A program made the translations under genes and the position numbers. The notes below the pieces were generated by a model. It had not been told where the DNA came from and ran no database searches. It saw only the letters and a list, made by a program, of their open reading frames with translations. A stretch of 64,000 nucleotides of DNA from Anaeromyxobacter sp. (GTDB lineage Bacteria; Myxococcota; Myxococcia; Myxococcales; Anaeromyxobacteraceae): NCBI GenBank assembly GCA_049840735.1, contig JASGJN010000020.1:224001-288000 (forward strand), written 5' to 3'. This document shows, piece by piece, positions 60,692 through 64,000 of this stretch. Every line of letters starts with the position of its first letter. The stretch's first letter is position 1.

Positions 60692-61450
60692 TCAAGCCCG
60701 GTCGCGCAGCGCGCGCAGGGTCACGAAGCGCTCGGCGGGCGAGGCTGCGGCGGGGTCGGCGCGGCGGAGCGCGCCGGCGACGCCGGGCGCGTCCAGCCGC
60801 AGGAAGGGGTTCTGGGCGCGCTCGTCACCCAGCGTGGAGGCGGCCGGCTCCTGCCCGGCGGCCCGCGCCCGCTCCGCCGCGGCCAGGCGCGCCGGCACCG
60901 CGCCGCCCGGCTCCAGCGCCTGCGCGAAGCCGGCGTTGGCGGCCAGGTAGTCGTGGCCGGGGTGGACCTCTAGCCCGCCGGGCAAGGGCGCGATCACCTC
61001 GAGGAAGGTCCGGGCCAGGCGCGCCGGATCGCCGCCGTGGCGGCAGTTGCCGCAGCCGAGCCAGAAGAGCGTGTCGCCGGTGAGGAGCCGCCCCTGCCAC
61101 TCCAGCAGCACCGAGCCGGGCGTGTGGCCGGGCGCGGCGTGCACGCGCAGCGCGAGCCGGCCCAGCGGGAGCCCGGATCGTCCGGCCAGGTCCTCGTCCG
61201 GCGCGAACAGCGCGCCGTCGGCGCCGTGGCCCAGCACGCGCGCGCCGGTGGCCGCCCGCAGCGCGGCGCTGCCGCCGCTGTGGTCGGCGTGACCGTGGGT
61301 GTGGAGGATCCAGCGCGGCGCCACGCCGTGCGCCGCCGCCAGCGCCTGCGCCACCTCCGGATCGCCGGGGTCGACCCAGGCTGCGTCGGGGCCGTCCGCC
61401 AGCAGGTAGACATAGTTGTCCCGGCGGTAGCGCCTGCGGTCGAAGATCAA
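60692..61450 (-). CDS. gloB: hydroxyacylglutathione hydrolase (glyoxalase II, MBL fold)
   Basis: DNYVYLL, HTHGHADH, PGHTPG, TGDTLF..GCG, PGHDY, STLGDERAQNPFLR. Confidence 0.85.
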   Translation of the reverse strand: MIFDRRRYRRDNYVYLLADGPDAAWVDPGDPEVAQALAAAHGVAPRWILHTHGHADHSGGSAALRAATGARVLGHGADGALFAPDEDLAGRSGLPLGRLALRVHAAPGHTPGSVLLEWQGRLLTGDTLFWLGCGNCRHGGDPARLARTFLEVIAPLPGGLEVHPGHDYLAANAGFAQALEPGGAVPARLAAAERARAAGQEPAASTLGDERAQNPFLRLDAPGVAGALRRADPAAASPAERFVTLRALRDRA

Positions 61451-61461
61451 CGCGCTCTCCC

Positions 61462-61860
61462 TCAGAGGTCGTGCGGGTAGTGCGTGAGGCCGACCCGGTT
61501 CCCCTCCGGATCATGGAAGTAGATGGTCCAGCGGGTGCGGTGCACCACCTGCACCCCTTCGGCCTCGAGCCGGTCCTCCCAGCGGCGCCGCTCCTGCGGC
61601 GCGATCTGCAGCGCCACCAGGTGCAGCCCCGGCCGCCCGTCGCGCCAGGGGCGCTGCTCCGGCTGCTCGTCCGCGCGCTCCAGGGCCAGGAAGCCGCCCG
61701 CCTCCCCCTCCCCCACCGACAGCCAGACGCTCCGGTCGCCACCCTCCTCGCGCGGCCAGCGGCGGAGCACCGGGAGCCCCAGCACCTCGCGGTAGAACCG
61801 CTCGCAGCGGTCCAGATCCGCGCACTGGATGGCGAGGTGGTGGAAGGCGAGCGCGGGCAC
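61462..61860 (-). CDS. VOC / glyoxalase family protein
   Basis: HHLAIQCADL...FYREVLGL, IYFHDPEGNRV. Confidence 0.85.
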   Translation of the reverse strand: MPALAFHHLAIQCADLDRCERFYREVLGLPVLRRWPREEGGDRSVWLSVGEGEAGGFLALERADEQPEQRPWRDGRPGLHLVALQIAPQERRRWEDRLEAEGVQVVHRTRWTIYFHDPEGNRVGLTHYPHDL

Positions 61861-61923
61861 GTGCCGAGGTTACCCTCGCGACGCCGGCACGCGCCAGCCC
61901 GCGCCGTGGTACGTTCCCGCACC

Positions 61924-63262
61924 GTGACCGCGCCCCTCTCCGGCAAGCGCCTGCTGGTCGTCGCCGAGGACCCGGCCCTGGCCGAGCTCGTGGCCGGCGC
62001 CCTGCGCCGCCTGGAGGGCAAGGTGGCCCAGGTCGGGTCGGCGCAGGCGGCGCTGCAGGCCCTGGTGGCCACCACGCCGGACGCGGCGGTGCTGGAGCTG
62101 CCGCTGGCCGACGCCGCCACCGCCGCCGTGCTGGAGGGGTTCCGGCGCAGCCGCGTCCCGTGCGTGACGGTCTCCCGGCGTGTACCGCGGGACCCGGGCC
62201 GCCACCGAGCTGCGGCGGATGGGCGCGGCCGACCACCTGGAGAAGCCCTTCGCCCTGGACGCGCTGGTGGCGGCGGTGGGGAACCTGCTGGGCGCCCCGA
62301 CGGCGCCGCCGGAGGGCGAGGCCCCGGACGAGGTGACCGGGTCCCTGCCGCTCATGTCCGACGAGGCCGACGCGCTCCGCCAGGCCCACGCCGACCGCCC
62401 CATCGTGGCGCCCGCCTTCCCGCCGCTGGAGGAGCCCTCGACGACCGTGCTGGCCGCGCGCGAGGGGCTGGCGGCGCCGCTGCCGCACGCCATCACGGGC
62501 CGCCCGGCGGAGTGGGACGTGCCGCCGCCGCCCACCGGCGAGCTGGCCACCACCGCGATGCCGCGGCTGCTGGTGGCCCTCCACGTGGGCCAGGCCACCG
62601 GGGCGCTGACGCTGACCCGCGGCCCGGTCCGCAAGATCGTGGTGGTGGAGCGCGGCGCGCCGGTCTACGCCGCCTCCAACATCGGCACCGAGCGGCTGGC
62701 CGGGCTGGCCATCCGCCGCGGCGTGGTGGGCGCCGACGAGCTGGAGCGGCTGCGCAAGGCGGCCGGGCCGGACGCGCGCACCCGCGACCTCCTGCTGCAG
62801 GCGCAGAAGCTCACGCCGGCCACGCTCAACGACCTCCTCGCCGTGCAGGTGCGCGCCATCGCCTGGTCCACCTTCGAGTGGCGCGAGGGGGCCGTCTACC
62901 AGTTCGAGGCCGGGCGTCCGCCCGCCGTCCGCGTGCCGCTCCGGCTGGAGGTCGGGCAGCTGGTGCTGGACGGCATGCGCCGCACCGCCACGGTGGAGCG
63001 GGTGCGGGCCGAGCTCCTGCCCGACACCCACCTGGCGCCCTCGCCGGATCCGGCGGTCGAGCTGTTCGCGCTGCGCCTGCGGCCGGAGGAGGCCCACCTC
63101 CTCACGCTGGCCGACGGCACCAAGAGCGCGGCCGACCTGGCGCGCCTCTCCGAGCTGTCGGAGCGGGAGGCGCTCGCCTTCCTGCACGCGTGCCGCACGC
63201 TGCGCGTGCTGGACGAGGTGCGGCGGGTGATGGCCTCGAGCCGGCGCGTCGGCTTCATGTAG
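61924..63262 (+). CDS. pseudo-receiver plus DUF4388(PatA-N)-like domain protein (+1 frameshift at ~62174)
   Basis: KRLLVVAED, PDAAVLELP, SGVY..HLEKPF; LLVALH..ATGALTL..KIVVVERGAPVYAASN, TFEWREG.YQFE. Confidence 0.7.
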
Positions 63263-63388
63263 GCAGGCGCGCAGCCCTGCGGCAGGCCGCCTCCCTCCCC
63301 CATTCCAGGGACGGCCGGATCCGGTGGTGCTTGCAGGATCGGGGCCGGAACGACTATACGTCCCCGCCTTTAGAGCACCTGGAGCCCC

Positions 63389-64000
<612 letters not shown>

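Overview
A very GC-rich bacterial chromosome segment whose gene content and protein sequences look like Myxococcota (Anaeromyxobacter-like; this is inference, not a database hit). Bases ~400-25,900 are a contiguous minus-strand translation supercluster: str, S10, spc and alpha operons plus rpsP-khpA-rimM-trmD-rplS-(SMC-like)-yraN-rsmI. rplC and infA are missing from their usual places. Next come mutY, an Fe/Mn-SOD-family gene, mtgA and a four-gene ECF sigma / zinc anti-sigma / secreted caspase-beta-barrel / Cys-rich lipoprotein operon. After those are nucleotide-sugar genes led by an RHH gene, two lipoproteins, korAB and a Rieske-QueD-FolE-SDR-FAD oxidase (pterin-like) cluster. The rest holds ihfA, pheST, rplT-rpmI-infC, leuA-ilvBNC, thrS, tRNA-Val(GAC), a glyoxalase pair, a pseudo-receiver/DUF4388-like gene and the start of typA. 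About 14 genes, several of them essential, carry single-base frameshifts, and 10 of these lie at or next to GATC. I read this as a DNA-methylation footprint in a long-read assembly rather than real pseudogenisation. I saw no CRISPR array, rRNA, transposase or prophage. The best candidates for novel biology are the ECF-caspase-barrel module, the pterin-like cluster with a deviant FolE, a membrane-anchored pseudo-ATPase SMC-like protein, and a ~170-nt nested-helix element at 227-395.
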